DNA from: Ascidiella aspersa
Lineage: Eukaryota
Length of the DNA: 64,000 bases
Direction: 5' to 3'
NCBI GenBank assembly: GCA_963924565.1
Contig: OZ004607.1
Span: 24,738,001-24,802,000, forward strand
Part shown: piece by piece, positions 50,701-63,622 of the stretch
Layout of the letters: every line of letters starts with the position of its first letter
Numbering within the stretch: the first letter of the stretch is position 1
Position numbers and translations under genes: made by a program
The notes under the pieces: model-generated
Told to the model about the DNA's origin: nothing
The model's input: the letters and a program-made list of their open reading frames with translations, nothing else
The model's database searches: none

Positions 50701-52896
50701 GTCCGGTTGTTCTCCGTATATGCGCACTGCGGCCGTTCGGGTTATATATAGCCGATTAGCCGGCTCAAACACGTACACTCGGTTTTTCGTGACGTCAGCT
50801 ACGTCAGAAATTTGCGAAACGCGTCGATGTTTATTATTCGTGTAGTATACGAGATTTTATAGGTATAAATTTAAATTATTTGCAAGTGCTGGCGTGGTCT
50901 CCAAGCCGTAAGTTGCGTTTTGTTGCTGCTATTATGAGCTATACAACTTGCATTCTGTCATGGAGCATGTGGCGCTTAAACAAATCATTAAGTCTCTCGG
51001 CGGACACTACGATTTTTCTCCGTTTCGAAAACTCCCACAGAAATATTTTTATTGCGCCACTCGGCAAACCATTTATTATATACAATTTCCTCTGTCGGTG
51101 GGATGACGAATCAAAATCCGAAGTCGCCGCATAAACCATGGGTGTGAGCGTAATAGCCACGTATCGGTCCCGACAATTGTCATTTATTAATTAAACACAA
51201 AAATGTTTGGAATACTTGGTTACTGTGATTTTAATCTGGTCGCTATTTAAAACTTAGTCAGCTCATTGTATCTTAAATTGTGAAAGTAGGACAACCCTAG
51301 TAAAGGGACCACTTTTTGAGACTATAGCTTTTCAAGATTCGTATTAGACACCGGAACGACGTAATGTTTGTTGATGAAACAGTGGTGTAACTCATGAAAA
51401 CTGGCGACCTAGCGGGGCGATGTCAAGGTTAATTAACCTATATGACGGAAACCCTACGCAGGTAGCTCAGTTTGCGACAGTCTAAAGCCGTTTGACCCCC
51501 AAAGGCTGAAAAACAAGTGTCCTGGCTGAGCAGCGCTGTTTGTTTGCCGGCGATAGGCATTAGGCAACAAACAGTTTGAACTAACGCCCGGGTGCCAGAG
51601 GAGAACCAAAATCCCAGTGACTCATTGTTTTCTTTCGAGTTTTTGTCGTTGACGACGGGCTGACTGCCTGCCCACCAGACTTTTCGCGCACCGGTGTTAA
51701 TTCATCGAGATCCTTTTGCACGTGGCACTCCTTATCGCGACCCAAACCCCAAAGACGTCAAGACGACGAAGCCCGCTGACCGAACAGTTTGGTGTCAACC
51801 GCAGGAAATTCGTCACTGAATTGACGAGCACTCTATCGAGCTTTGTCTTTCACGAGTGCCTCGAATTCTCCCGTTGGCAGCTCGAATGAAATGCGCGTTT
51901 TTTAGCGTCGCGAAAAACGGGGTCCCCTGTGCCAGTATTCGGTGTTGGGCGACCCACGGTTTCCCGACCCATCTGGTGGGGAGCGTCTGTCGTGAGCGCC
52001 AGGCGACGCTGTATCTTCTTTCAAAGGCGGCACTCAACGTCATACAGAAAACAATGAAAATCGTTTGGCAGCATTTTGCAAAATTCCATTTTCGCGCTGG
52101 TTGGTGTCCGGTGCAAGAAATTGTAATGTAATTTAAACAGAATCAATCACTCGGTATTGTGCGGCTTCAGTTATACTTTTAGTTTGTTAATTATAAATAG
52201 CATGTTTAAGGGTGTAATAGCCTATTATTCGTTGACGTGGCTAACGTTTATAATTAAGGAAGCAACTCTAACTAGGAATTCGAATTATTTGTACATAATG
52301 ATTAGCATAAAAAGAACAATACTTACATTTCCGGCCAACCTCCTGCATCCACGAATAAAAAATGATTTTAAGCAAACAACAAGGTTTCACAAAACTATAT
52401 AAATCTGCAAAAAAACGTCCCCCAACAATAAGTCCTAAGCCATTTTAGCAATATCAAGCGTCACCAAGGTGCTATTAATAATTGTTGCTGTGAATAAAAG
52501 TTCAATTCATGCTACATGATTTAGCGTTTGTCTTCTATGCGTGTCTTATTTGTTCAACAGACAAATATCACAGTAAAAGCGTTGAAATAGTCGAAATGCT
52601 TATGACCATATTAGGAGCAGGTCGCCGCACATTTGTGCTACGATCAAGTGACAGGATTTGTCTAACTGAGCAAACAAGTAACGGGGTCCGGACAGGGTGT
52701 TAGGGGATCTGAATCTTGTCGGGTCACCCAAGCGTGACATCGTTTAGGGTTCGGAATTTGAACTTTTTTCCCGATGGTTGACACGTTTTAAAAAACGTCA
52801 ATTTAAAACAACATGACGAATTTCAGGCAAACGCATATTTAACAAAATACAAAAGTTTTAAATTATAGGGATATATCTCTAAACGTTGGCTTAAGA

Positions 52897-53009
52897 CAGT
52901 GATTCTCAAACTTTTTTTTTTATCTTCCATGTTATAAACATCAAAGGGTCCGCTAATATTTTAAGATAACATAAGGGGTCAGCAAGGTGAAAAAGTTTGA
53001 GAATCACTA
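52897..53009. mobile_element. Tiny hAT-like MITE (113 bp)
   Basis: TIRs cagtgattctcaaactttt / aaaagtttgagaatcacta. Flanks gcttaaga / gcttaaag are a degenerate 8-bp TSD. Confidence 0.8.
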
Positions 53010-55355
53010 GCTTAAAGAGGCCGAATGGCTTTATATCGTTACCAGTTTTTGTTACCTTTAACAAAGTATATGTTCTTTGGACCATATTGTTCATTTGAAA
53101 AAATAAAACGTTAGTTTTTTCTCCAACTCACAAAAAATAAGGAAAAGGAAATCATACTTCACGAGACATCTCCCCGTGGCATTCAAGTAAAAGGTTCATG
53201 CTTGATGCGCCTAATTCAAGAAAAATGTGACGATAAACGACTTGAACTTGTCCGTAATTGTCGTCCACGACAGCAAACTTGTCCCTAAAAGCTGTGATTT
53301 GGTGTTGCGTTGCCCTCGTGTTTAAAGAAAATTCGAGAAGACTTTGACAGTTCAGCGAAATAATGTCGCCAAAATTGACCGATTAAGGGCGCCTAATTAC
53401 ATAAAGTCTGTAAACTCTCGATTAGTTTTGATTTACCAAATACTTCGGCTATATTTAGCTTGCTGTCCGATGGCTGAAGTTGGTCGCTAATAGAGTCGTG
53501 GTATCCAGGGTAACTTTTTTGTTTTCCTAAAAATCGATATGCTTTAATTGTGCAGACAATTATTCAAACTTGCAGAAAATATGTCTTTGCACGCACACTG
53601 CAGCCACCCAAAATTTCCTAACCAGGGTGCAACGGCACACTGGGTGCCATTTTTTGTATATTAAAGAAATATTCCAAACTAGATATTCTTTGCTAGTAAG
53701 GGTTTGCTGAAGAATGTTGACATTGTAGCGCTGGAAAGTACAGATATCGATTTATTGCCCTATCGTATAGTAAGAAAGGTAACTTTTCCAGTAGATAGCC
53801 ATATTTCTGTCCTATAATGTATTTCTTTTTCGAGATTCTCCAATCAGATATTCCGGGGCCTTAAATTGATTAAAATATGTTTGAGCTGTTTATTAGGGCG
53901 GAGTATTTAATTGCGAACAAAAACTTTTTCAAAATATATGTCGTATTTTTCTACACTGTAAAAACTCGAACATAATTTATATTTTTTTTAGATATATTGG
54001 CAAGATAAAACAAATTGCTAATATGCTTAAATATTTCTTGTTCGATTCAACATAGAATATTACATTCTAATGTATTTTTTTCTATAATTGTATGAAAATC
54101 TAGGTTATAACAAAAATAAAAACAAAACTATTCCAATGACCTCATATTCGCCCAACAATACTAACGGACAAAATCAGTCAAAAATAATGCTTTACCATGC
54201 AAGTCGTATTTGTTTTACATTATGTTTAAATATGTGATATATTCAACCAAATAGTAACCAATCAAGAAACCATTTCGAAATATGTCGATTCATCCCCGGG
54301 TGTAATATTTATCTCACAAAATGGCTGTAACATTCTTATAAAGTCAACAAGGCACTGTGCATATATCACATTATCGCAAGGGACGCGTAGAAGATATAAA
54401 ATGCGCAGTTCAGCGAGAGAATTTTATGTACGTTATAAGCGACATTGTATACACCGCTCAGTAATGTACTCCCCTGAGTGTTGCGACGAGATACACATAA
54501 AATACAAGTTCAGACAATTTTGGAGCATCCCTTCGGAATTGAGTTACCAGCCAACGCATATTGAAATCGTGTATCTTGCAAGAGCTTGTATTTTAAAGAA
54601 AAACTGTAGAAATAAGATAGGGAGCCTAAAATTGTTTTGTTAAGGCTAAATACTTGGTAAATAAATAAAATCAAACCAAAACAAACTAAGCGTTGTTTAG
54701 AAGTGAGGACGGCGAGACGCACTAAAGGTAAACATTTAAACCGAGAATTTCGCTACAAAATATCTCTCCTACGCGCATCCAAATATAATTTATACTAATT
54801 GTTGATCATTTGGTGCCAGGCAACGCCTAGACACGGTCATACCCACACAGAGGATACGGTCATAAAATAAACATGGGACGGAACGCATACTTAAACCTGC
54901 TGGTAAATTTTTACAATAAAAACATTATTAACCCAAAGAAACTCGCACGCTTCAATTACCTACGCATATTGTTAACCTTACCCCATTTTGCAATATTTAA
55001 AATGACCTTAAACAAAAGCGTGTGTTATTCATGTTTAAAGTGCTTCGCCAGGTGATTAGGAATTTTTTGCATTTGTAATTGAAAATAACTTCCAAGATAA
55101 CAAAAAAATATGTCGCCTTTAATCATGTTTCTGGTAACTTTATAATCAAAATTATTGAGTATGCCGAACGACAAACTTATGGCTCATAAATTTTCAATTG
55201 CTATAGAATTTTAAAAATTAAGTGGATTGTTAAGTAATACGAAAGATATATTTTGGTGTAAGTTGGTCGATTACTGTCATTTTTGCCATCAATTCAACGT
55301 AAGTCGATTTTGCCCCTTTTAATTCTTATTTTGTTTAAGTTAATATTCATTCGAC

Positions 55356-55480
55356 TTTTCTGAGTTAGTCAAAGTCAGTTAATAAGTTCTAGTCTTTTAA
55401 AAGAAAAATATATTTCGCCATAAAATAGGGCGTCATCAGTCTCTAGAAAAAATATCAACACAACAATGCACACACGTAAA
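55356..55480. mobile_element. Second copy (single arm) of the hammerhead-bearing repeat
   Basis: taagttctagtctttt...tttcgcca...tcatcagtctctagaaaaaa...cacgtaaa aligns colinearly with 28480-28574. Confidence 0.8.
55402..55444 (-). ncRNA. Minimal type-I hammerhead ribozyme motif, apparently intact
   Basis: Minus strand reads AGAGA-CUGAUGA-C-GCC-cuauuuuau-GGC-GAAA-UAUA-UU-UUUCU. Helix I AGAGA/UUUCU is fully paired (one GU), loop III is palindromic, and the cleavage triplet is AUU. Confidence 0.65.
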
Positions 55481-55693
55481 AGAGGGCGAGAAAATAACTT
55501 CATATATAAGACATTTTGCCACTTGTATAAGTTACTCTTATTTTATTAACTGTTTTTATTGTTAATGATGCTATTCAGGTGGTATAATGTAAATAATTGT
55601 GCAAACGGAATGTGCAAATTATTTGGTTCTCAAGTATAAAACAATTAAGCTGTAAAGTAATACAAGGGGCTTTGTGAAAAGTATCACCTTCAC

Positions 55694-55791
55694 TATTAAT
55701 CTCGAATATTCCCATGCGATTAAGTTATGACGTTTGAGTTAAATGTTTCAAAAGTCATAACTCAATCGCATCGGAATATTCGAGATTAATA
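55694..55791. repeat. Near-perfect 98-bp palindrome (MITE-like hairpin)
   Basis: 38-bp arms with 2 mismatches (tattaatctcgaatattcccatgcgattaagttatgac / gtcataactcaatcgcatcggaatattcgagattaata) plus an inner tttga/tcaaa pair. Confidence 0.9.
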
Positions 55792-58700
55792 ACTACAAAA
55801 CCTGTATCTTATTGTCAAAAATATGTCGCCAAACAAGGCGAGCGACTTGACAATTACGACGCCCTATGCGGGGCGCAAGCTGCGCTGTAGGTAATCCGAT
55901 AAATTCCATCGCTTGTCGCCTGGTTTATTTCACGAGTAAATTTATTGTAGCCCGGCCAGGCGGAAGCTTAAGCGTCATGTCGGGCAGAAAATTCGTCCCG
56001 AGATTTAGCACGACCAGGCCCCTTGTCACTGGTGTTTAGAGAATGACATTTTTTGTGCTTTCGTAGCGCATAGTGTCACCGCCATATGAAGGCCATCGCG
56101 TTTAAAGCAAAATGCGTGAGGTAAAGCTGGAGTTGACGACAACCGTTTATGTAAACATCTATGACTAACACGCATAATAGCGGTACGGTTTAGAGTTAGA
56201 CTAATCCTTAATCTGTTAAATAAATCAATAATTGCTCTGGGTTTGTTATACAATCCAACCCAATAAACGAAGTCCGCGCGATTGGATATTCGATTTCGCT
56301 TGAGAACCTTAATCCGTGCATGCGCAAAATGGCGGACACTAATTACAATTCTGAACTGCAGGTGTTAAAGTTTATATATTAATCGTGCACCAAATTTGTA
56401 GCATAAAGAGGAAACACTCACCTAATGTTTATACCTACTTTGGAACGCAGATGGATATCAAATTTAAAACATCGCGCGTGCGCAGTAAGTTCAATAAAAT
56501 ATAAGCTGTTTTTCGGTACAGGCAGACCTGAAAACAAGCTTACGAAATTTAATTGACATTTTTTTACCAAACAATTTTGATCTGAAATTATTAACTCAAA
56601 AATCCCTTGCACAAGTAAACCACAGCATCAAATACATTTTTCGACATAGCCAAGACCAGTTAGCGGCTAAACTTTGCTACCGTAGGCAACGTCAACACAC
56701 ACCTGAATGGAAATTCTTACATCACTGGCCAATCTTATTCCATCTGGAACTAAAAAAAACACTTGTGACAACCTCAAAAACTTATACGGCCAATGCGCCA
56801 CCACTCGTCACGAATAATCTGCCTGACACATCACTCTCTACCTTGGACGGATCCGACCGAAGTCACTGCGGGGGTCGTGAGACCGCGGCTGTCGAAATTT
56901 GCCCTCCTGTGCATAGGCGCGATAAGGTTGCTTTCCTTGACAACTTGATTCTACTTCGCCTCGCCGAAATTCGGGCCGCTTTCGCTGGGCGGTAATTATA
57001 GGGCCTTTGTCAGGCTTTGTTTAGATAACCGAGTCTTTAGCGATGACAGTCGCTGCTGGTGCTGCTGCAAATCCGCTCCCCCTTTAGCATGGCTAAGCCG
57101 CGTGACCCTGCACTTGCACCGAAGCAACCACCAGCGGCAAGACATCCGCAAGCTCGTGTCCAACAAAGGTAAAGCTCAGCGAGTATTAAAATATTTTGCG
57201 CAATCGTTCCGTTTTTCGTGCGCAACTTTCAACTTATACTTTGGTTTCCGTCAACAAAAAAGGTAAATATCGCGACAAAAAAAGAAAAATCTCGGTGTAA
57301 CGTATTAAGTAACGATATAAATATCACAATGCCGATAGAGCTCGCGTCGTTTTTAAGCGCAAAGAGATTGATTCCCTGGCCGTTAACCGAAACGGGAGTT
57401 AATCGTCACACAAGCACTGATCTGTTTTGACTCAAGTACGAAAAAATTCGAGTCATCTCCAGCCCAGAGTGCCCATAAAAGGAATTACCAGCGTCGGCGC
57501 TATTTGATCTGTCGTCGACAACAGGGTCACTGTCGCTGGCGTGAGATATATTACAGCAAAGAGTAAGCAGGCCCCCACTCCGGCTTGTTCTTCACCCGTC
57601 ACGGACGGGTGCACTTGTGACGCATGCCGGTGGTGCGCCGTGAGGACGGGTTAAGGCCGGTTTAGACAGATTAGAGGCAAAAATGTTTTCGCGGGACACG
57701 TTTACAAAAAAAATTTTTCACTTGTCCTTTCGCTCGGTAGCGAGAAAGGAGAGCGGGTGTGGGGTGAAACCAGACGATGCAAGCGATTAAGGAAAGGGGC
57801 AAGGCGAGCGCATTCTTGCCTATGGGAGGCACAAACATACGACCCTTATCGGGGCAGATAACCTTTTGAAAGAAAGGCGCCGTAATCCCTTAAATAATTT
57901 TGACTTGCATATAAACACGACTCAATGCCTCTTGCCTTTCGATTGACAGGCCTACCCGTTCTAGCGGAACAGCGCGTAATGCGCGAACGAACCTTGAGAA
58001 GATTTGCGTCGCGTTTGCAGTGCAGGATTTTCACTTATCATTACGGCAAACTTGTCGACACTTCGTTTAGCGGCCACCATTTCAATGCTGGGACGTTTTC
58101 CCAGGCGGCGTATTAATTACCGAGTTTGTAAGTTGCGAGCAACACGGGCAAGTCTGCCTGCGCGCGCTGTTGGTGCGGCGAGTGGCCGCACCCAAGGGCT
58201 TTGCCGATGTTACGCAGCGAGGATGGCAGATCATATCACAGCAACAACTGCGCGTTCAACGCAGCGTTTCATCTATTTCGTGTCGTTTGATTGGTAGCAA
58301 TACACACAACACAATTTGCTTAAATAGACAAAGGGACCAAATCTATCGTGACTGTATACCGAATCGTAAGACAATCCAAATAACAATGTTTTTTCACACA
58401 AGTCAACTGCATCACTATGTATAGTAAAGTTGACCTTCAATTAACAAGTCCAATCTGTTTAGTTAAGATGGGGTCAATATACCTACTTTAACATCCATCA
58501 ATATACCTATTTTAAAGAAGCAACGCTGCGCATTACACAACATTAATGTGGTGTTCTCCGTTTAATTTAAAAATAGCAAATAAAGAATGCTACATTTAAT
58601 TACGGTCCGAAAATTGCAGCTCGGCACTTTTGTGTTGAAAAGAGTAAATAACCCTGGAAATAGTGTAATGTCAAAGTCAAATGAGAATTAAAGTGTCAAC

Positions 58701-61700
58701 ATGAGCTTCAAAATAAATTTGTGCAGGTTTCGCCAAAACTTTTCTTTGTAGTGCGCACACTCAATTCCCACTTCGCGAAGCTTTTGCCGAGGAAACAACA
58801 GCGGAGTCAGCGACAGAAGAGAGAGCAGCCGTGCAATGCCGCGAAGTGCCAAGTCAATATCTCCAATCTAATCAAATTAAAGGTTTGTCGTTACCGGGAA
58901 GGGGCTCCCACGGCGCCCCCGGGCCTTCGCCGCGCCGCTCAACTTGTCGCAATTGACTCTTTTCCACCTGTTTCAGCTCGTAGCGACATCGTACGGGCGC
59001 TACCCGCTACCTCGGTCGCCGGGGCACCGTTGGGCATTGGCGAGTGGTCTCGCGGGAGGCCGTCAGCGGAGTTTGGCAAGCAGAATTACTGCATCCGTTG
59101 CGCATCGGGGTGGCGGTTTGGCACAAAAAATATTGCCACTTTGACACGGCGCACAGCGGATATCGGGTTTCGCATTCGCATTTTTCCACCGTTGGCGATC
59201 GCAAACTTTTGCGCCACCGGTTCTATGTTCGCCGTTTGCGTTTTATTTTTGAACGCGGAACTTCGACCCTCAAAATCTATGACGAAGGTCTAAACTCTGC
59301 TAAGCAATAGGTCCGATTTAAGATTTCGCAAAAATATATTCTAAATTTTAGAACAAAACTTTAAACCATTAACAACATTAGCTCTTAAGAATGATTGAAA
59401 TATTTGTAATCCGTGAATTACGGCAACGTCTCGATAACGCCCGCGAACGTCCTACAAGTAATCGCACATTCCAAGTCGACCGCCAAGAGACTTGTAGGTG
59501 TCCTTGTCGCGGAGTTATTGGAGGCGACAATGACACTCGTGCGAGCCGCAAAAGCGGCACGAATTCGTAGTCTGGCAATCTTAGCGCTGCAACAAGGCAA
59601 AGCAGCGACCACTGCAAGGACCCTTATCCCGTCATCATATTGCAAAACGAGGGGCCTTGTAGGTTGTAGGTGGCCGAATCGTGTTTTCACAGTCGTCGCT
59701 CTGTTTATGTAGGCGCCCGACACAAACGCGCTCAAGTTTGTCAGTCACTCTCAGAAAATAGTTTTACTTTTTAATATTGTCCGCGCTGAATGTAAATGCC
59801 TATTTGAACCCGGCATAAAAAGTCAATAGCACACTTAAACAATATTTCTCTCAATGAATAACTTTGAATCTATAGACGTTTAATAGCCCATAGTGGGTAT
59901 GTACTATGTATGATCTTTATGTTGAGTTAAGCATTAAAAAATTGCTACTTATGGAGTTTAAACACAATTTCGACATTGTGTTACGTTTTACTGCCTACTA
60001 GCGCCCGAAAAATTAAAACAAATTTATCACATGGATTGCGGGGCTCTTTTTGTTTGTTACTTTGACTTGGCTTCATTTATAAGATTTTTTATGCTTTTAA
60101 AAGTAAAATGTAAAAAATTGAAGTTAGTAAATTTGATTTGCAATTGGGTAATTGGTTTTCGGTTTACACCTAAAAAAACAGATATATTTTTGCCAGATTT
60201 TTTTGCCTAACGTATATAACTTAAAAAATAAATGGCCTAATACAATTGTCGTAGTATTTGTTTCAGAGCAGTTATAAAGAAGAAGAATTGTATAGCATAT
60301 TGCACGCTATATGTGAACTTGTGAAGCTATATAACATTTTACCAAAACAACAGTCGATTGATTGGCCTATTATGCATATTTAAATAAAGTTATTTTAGAT
60401 TGGCAAGTTATTCTTGTGATAAGCTTTTTCGTTTCGATATGATTTGGTGTTAAAACTGTGATAAACCCATGTTTTACCCATGTAAAGGAAATTAAGTCCG
60501 AAAAATGTGTTTTCTTTCTATTTGTGCTTTCTGCGTTTCTTTTCACGTGTTTTCGGGTAAGCCATTGAGATGCATGAATGATATTGCAATAATTTTCTAT
60601 GTGCTTAATGCGAAACGTTTAAAGTAAACGTCTGGCCAACTGAAACTGAATAAACACATTTTTCCCACTTGGCGCGATGAACTTAGGTTTAGTTAAAAAA
60701 AAAAGGTTAATTGCACACCAGTTGTTTCGAAAAAAGAATTTTCTTAAGACTACTTGAAATATGACGTAGTTGTGACAGCATATGTCCCCCCACACTTACA
60801 ATTCAGATACGCCATTGCAACTTAGACCGTGCATTTCAAACTAACTGCATTAGTTGGCCCGCGACAAAATATAGTTGGACCACGTGGCCAAATTATTAAA
60901 ATTGGTAAACTTGTCTTTGTGTTTGTACCGGAGAATGAAGGGTGGTAAATTTACCAGAATAAAATAAAACCAAAATTTGGCGGGAATTCTTCAATATCTG
61001 ATAAAAGAAACTTGAGATACTCGATTTGGGTTATTGACGAATAGGGCGCAGTACTATATGCTAAACTATTTTAGACACAGTTTTACTTTTCTTTTTTTTA
61101 ACATTTTGTTTTACTCCAATCCATAATACGAAAAACTGCAACACCGCGTTACCATTAAAAGTGTTTGAGTTATCGTAAGGAAAAACTATTTTTCCAGCTT
61201 TATGCGAGATATTTTATATTTATAGACTAGGTTTACATCCTTTGGTTCTCCTTCCGTATAAGCCTGAAAAGTTCTATAGTTCATCTAATTTGTTTTTGCT
61301 AAAGCTTGCCTGGATTGAAATGCGAAAATATGTTAGTTTGCATGTATTGTTCATTAATCATCCTGACGATAAGGGGGCTTTATTGATTGTATGCATTTGT
61401 AAAGCGATTTTACTGTAAAAGTATTATTTCCTATACGTTGTATAGCTGTGCAAAATGACTATTTTAGCTTCTGGCGTTATATCGGCACCTGAAAGTTAGG
61501 TTCTATACATTACAAGTAGCCGACTATAAACAAAAAACAGCAACCAAAATATGGCTTTGAATACCTTTTCCCAATTCGAAATTAATAATTCGGGTATGTC
61601 ATATCTCGGCCAACATTTGTGCTTATCCGAAGTTCGTTTGTCTATCTTATGATATGTCGAAGTAACAATTAATAGAAGTGTAGACAAACACACGATTTCT

Positions 61701-62783
61701 ATGTCAAAGGTTTGCCCTGATTGGACTTATAATACCCTGCATAGCTGACATTTAGACTCGTAATTTTGGCAAGTTTAATAGAATTTAATCTGTGGGTTAA
61801 ACGTTTTAAAAGTTTGGGTTAAACTACCAATATTGCTTATATCATAAATTTCACTATTCTATTTTTTCTATAGCACTGGCATATTGCCAAATAGAAAGCA
61901 GCGCTGCTTCGACAAAGTTGGGAGGCGAAAAAACTCGTGTTATCGTTTTCAGCGGTTATCATTCGTTTCGCAGGGAATGTTAAATATTTAGATGTAAATG
62001 CCCAAAAGGAAAATTGGACGAACCCCGTGCAGGGCTTTGTCGAGACTGGCAGTGACATAATAAGTCGCGGCTGACAAAAAAATTGTTTTCGTCCGAACGT
62101 TGACTGGTATGTGCGTGAGCACAGGCTGTAAAACAAAAGTTAACAGCCTTATGCACCCGACCAGGTCCAAATAAAACTAATTTATTTCCGACGGAGTGCT
62201 ATTTAAAGTGACGAAACAGTTGGCAGCAACATTTTCGGACGTTTTTTATAACTACTTAAGCTTGTCGTGCTTATATGGTGTCAATCACACTAGAGGCAAT
62301 ACCCGGTAAATTATTTTCACCGAACTTGAAATCGAGATGTTATATTTTTTGTTTGTAACCACAGGCATCCGGCACCATTTTTATCACTTGTCTTCCGTTC
62401 ATAAAAACGTAGTTTTGTGATTCTGGACTGTTTGTGTTCGTTTCGTTTTGTTTGGAGTTATAGTTTATCCCATTTTAATATCAGAGAAGTTTAACGCTAT
62501 TTCTAAAATGTGCATATATTGCATTATTTATATTAATCAAGTACAAAAGCATATTCTCTTAGTTTTGAGTGTTGTGAGCAGTGTATCTTTTAAAAAAAAT
62601 GTTTGTTCTTGCTAGACCCACTTGACTCTATTTGCTGATCTTCAACAAATTACAATAATTTCGTTAAACAGTGAACGCTTGCCACAACTACAAAAACAAA
62701 GCCTACAAGTCTTACGTATATTTAATATTGCGGTAAACAATCGAGGCCGACTGTAGAAAATTACGACGTGCCAACACTTTAGC

Positions 62784-62873
62784 CTTGGGTCGAGCAACCT
62801 GCGGCCCGCGGGCCAAATGCGGCCCGCGAAACCAAAGTATGTGGCCCGCGGAGTGCTTTGGTTTTTGGCCCGC
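62784..62873. mobile_element. hAT/Charlie-like MITE terminus
   Basis: gggtcgagcaacctgcggcccgcgggccaaatgcggcccgcg followed by further ggcccgc repeats. Confidence 0.7.
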
Positions 62874-63176
62874 ACCACAAAACATTTGGGCAACTGTTTT
62901 AGATAACTGTTAAAATATTAAAACTTCCTGACAATTCCTAACTCTAGGTCACTTAATATATAGCATGTATTTTATTTAGTTTATTACAATAACCACAGTA
63001 TGAGGTGGGAAGCGATTTACCTAAAAGTACCGCCAACAGTCATTTTAACCGTAAAGCAAATTTTAATTCCTCCACGAATAAAATCGCCTTAAACGATATC
63101 CTTTTGTAGTGCTATTGTTTTAAAACAACCATGGAATTATCGCTGCAGTAGCTGTTAACAGTTAGTTACTATAGTT

Positions 63177-63622
63177 CAGGGGTGGGCAAATGTATTCAAT
63201 GGAAGAGCCATTTGCAGAAAATAAAAGTACCAGAGAGCCTCAAAATTATTTCAATACAAAAACGGTAAATAATGTAAGTTCAGCAATAATAACAAAATTG
63301 TAATATAGCAAAACGGTATCAATTCAACACAATAATAATAACGGTAATAGCAAAATAACACGCACAATATTTATCAATATCGGTCTTTTGTTTGATTTGC
63401 TGATCTCTGAAACCTTAGCAATAACATTGCGTTCACTTGTTGTTAGCTAACTCTTTGATTCTATGTCTAGTGTTACGTCATAAACGAAATTCTAGCTTTA
63501 AAAAAAGAACTCTTTGGTAGCCGTTACAGTTGTTTTGGAATTTTCCAATTCGACTAGAAGAGCCACAAAAAACATGCCGGCGAGCCACATGTTGCTCGCG
63601 AGCCGCAGTTTGCCCACCCCTG
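63177..63622. mobile_element. hAT-like MITE (446 bp) with perfect 14-bp TIRs
   Basis: TIRs caggggtgggcaaa / tttgcccacccctg and subterminal (a)gagcc repeats. Flanks ctatagtt / ctagtt suggest an eroded TSD. Confidence 0.88.

Larger units (their letters stand above)
38900..59750. promoter_or_regulatory. Putative cis-regulatory landscape / long 5' introns of basonuclin (series of GC-rich, CpG-rich non-coding islands)
   Basis: No domain-bearing ORF or exon chain. GC-rich islands alternate with AT-rich spacers and are rich in TAAT/TAATTA, TGACA(G) and TGTCGC motifs. The region lies 5' of the BNC coding exons. Confidence 0.6.

Noticed and set aside
38942-59735. Many 60-190-aa ORFs (e.g. 58721-59293, 49910-50368, 46546-46869)
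   Set aside because: No domains, no splice-consistent chains and overlapping frames on both strands; expected from local GC richness.
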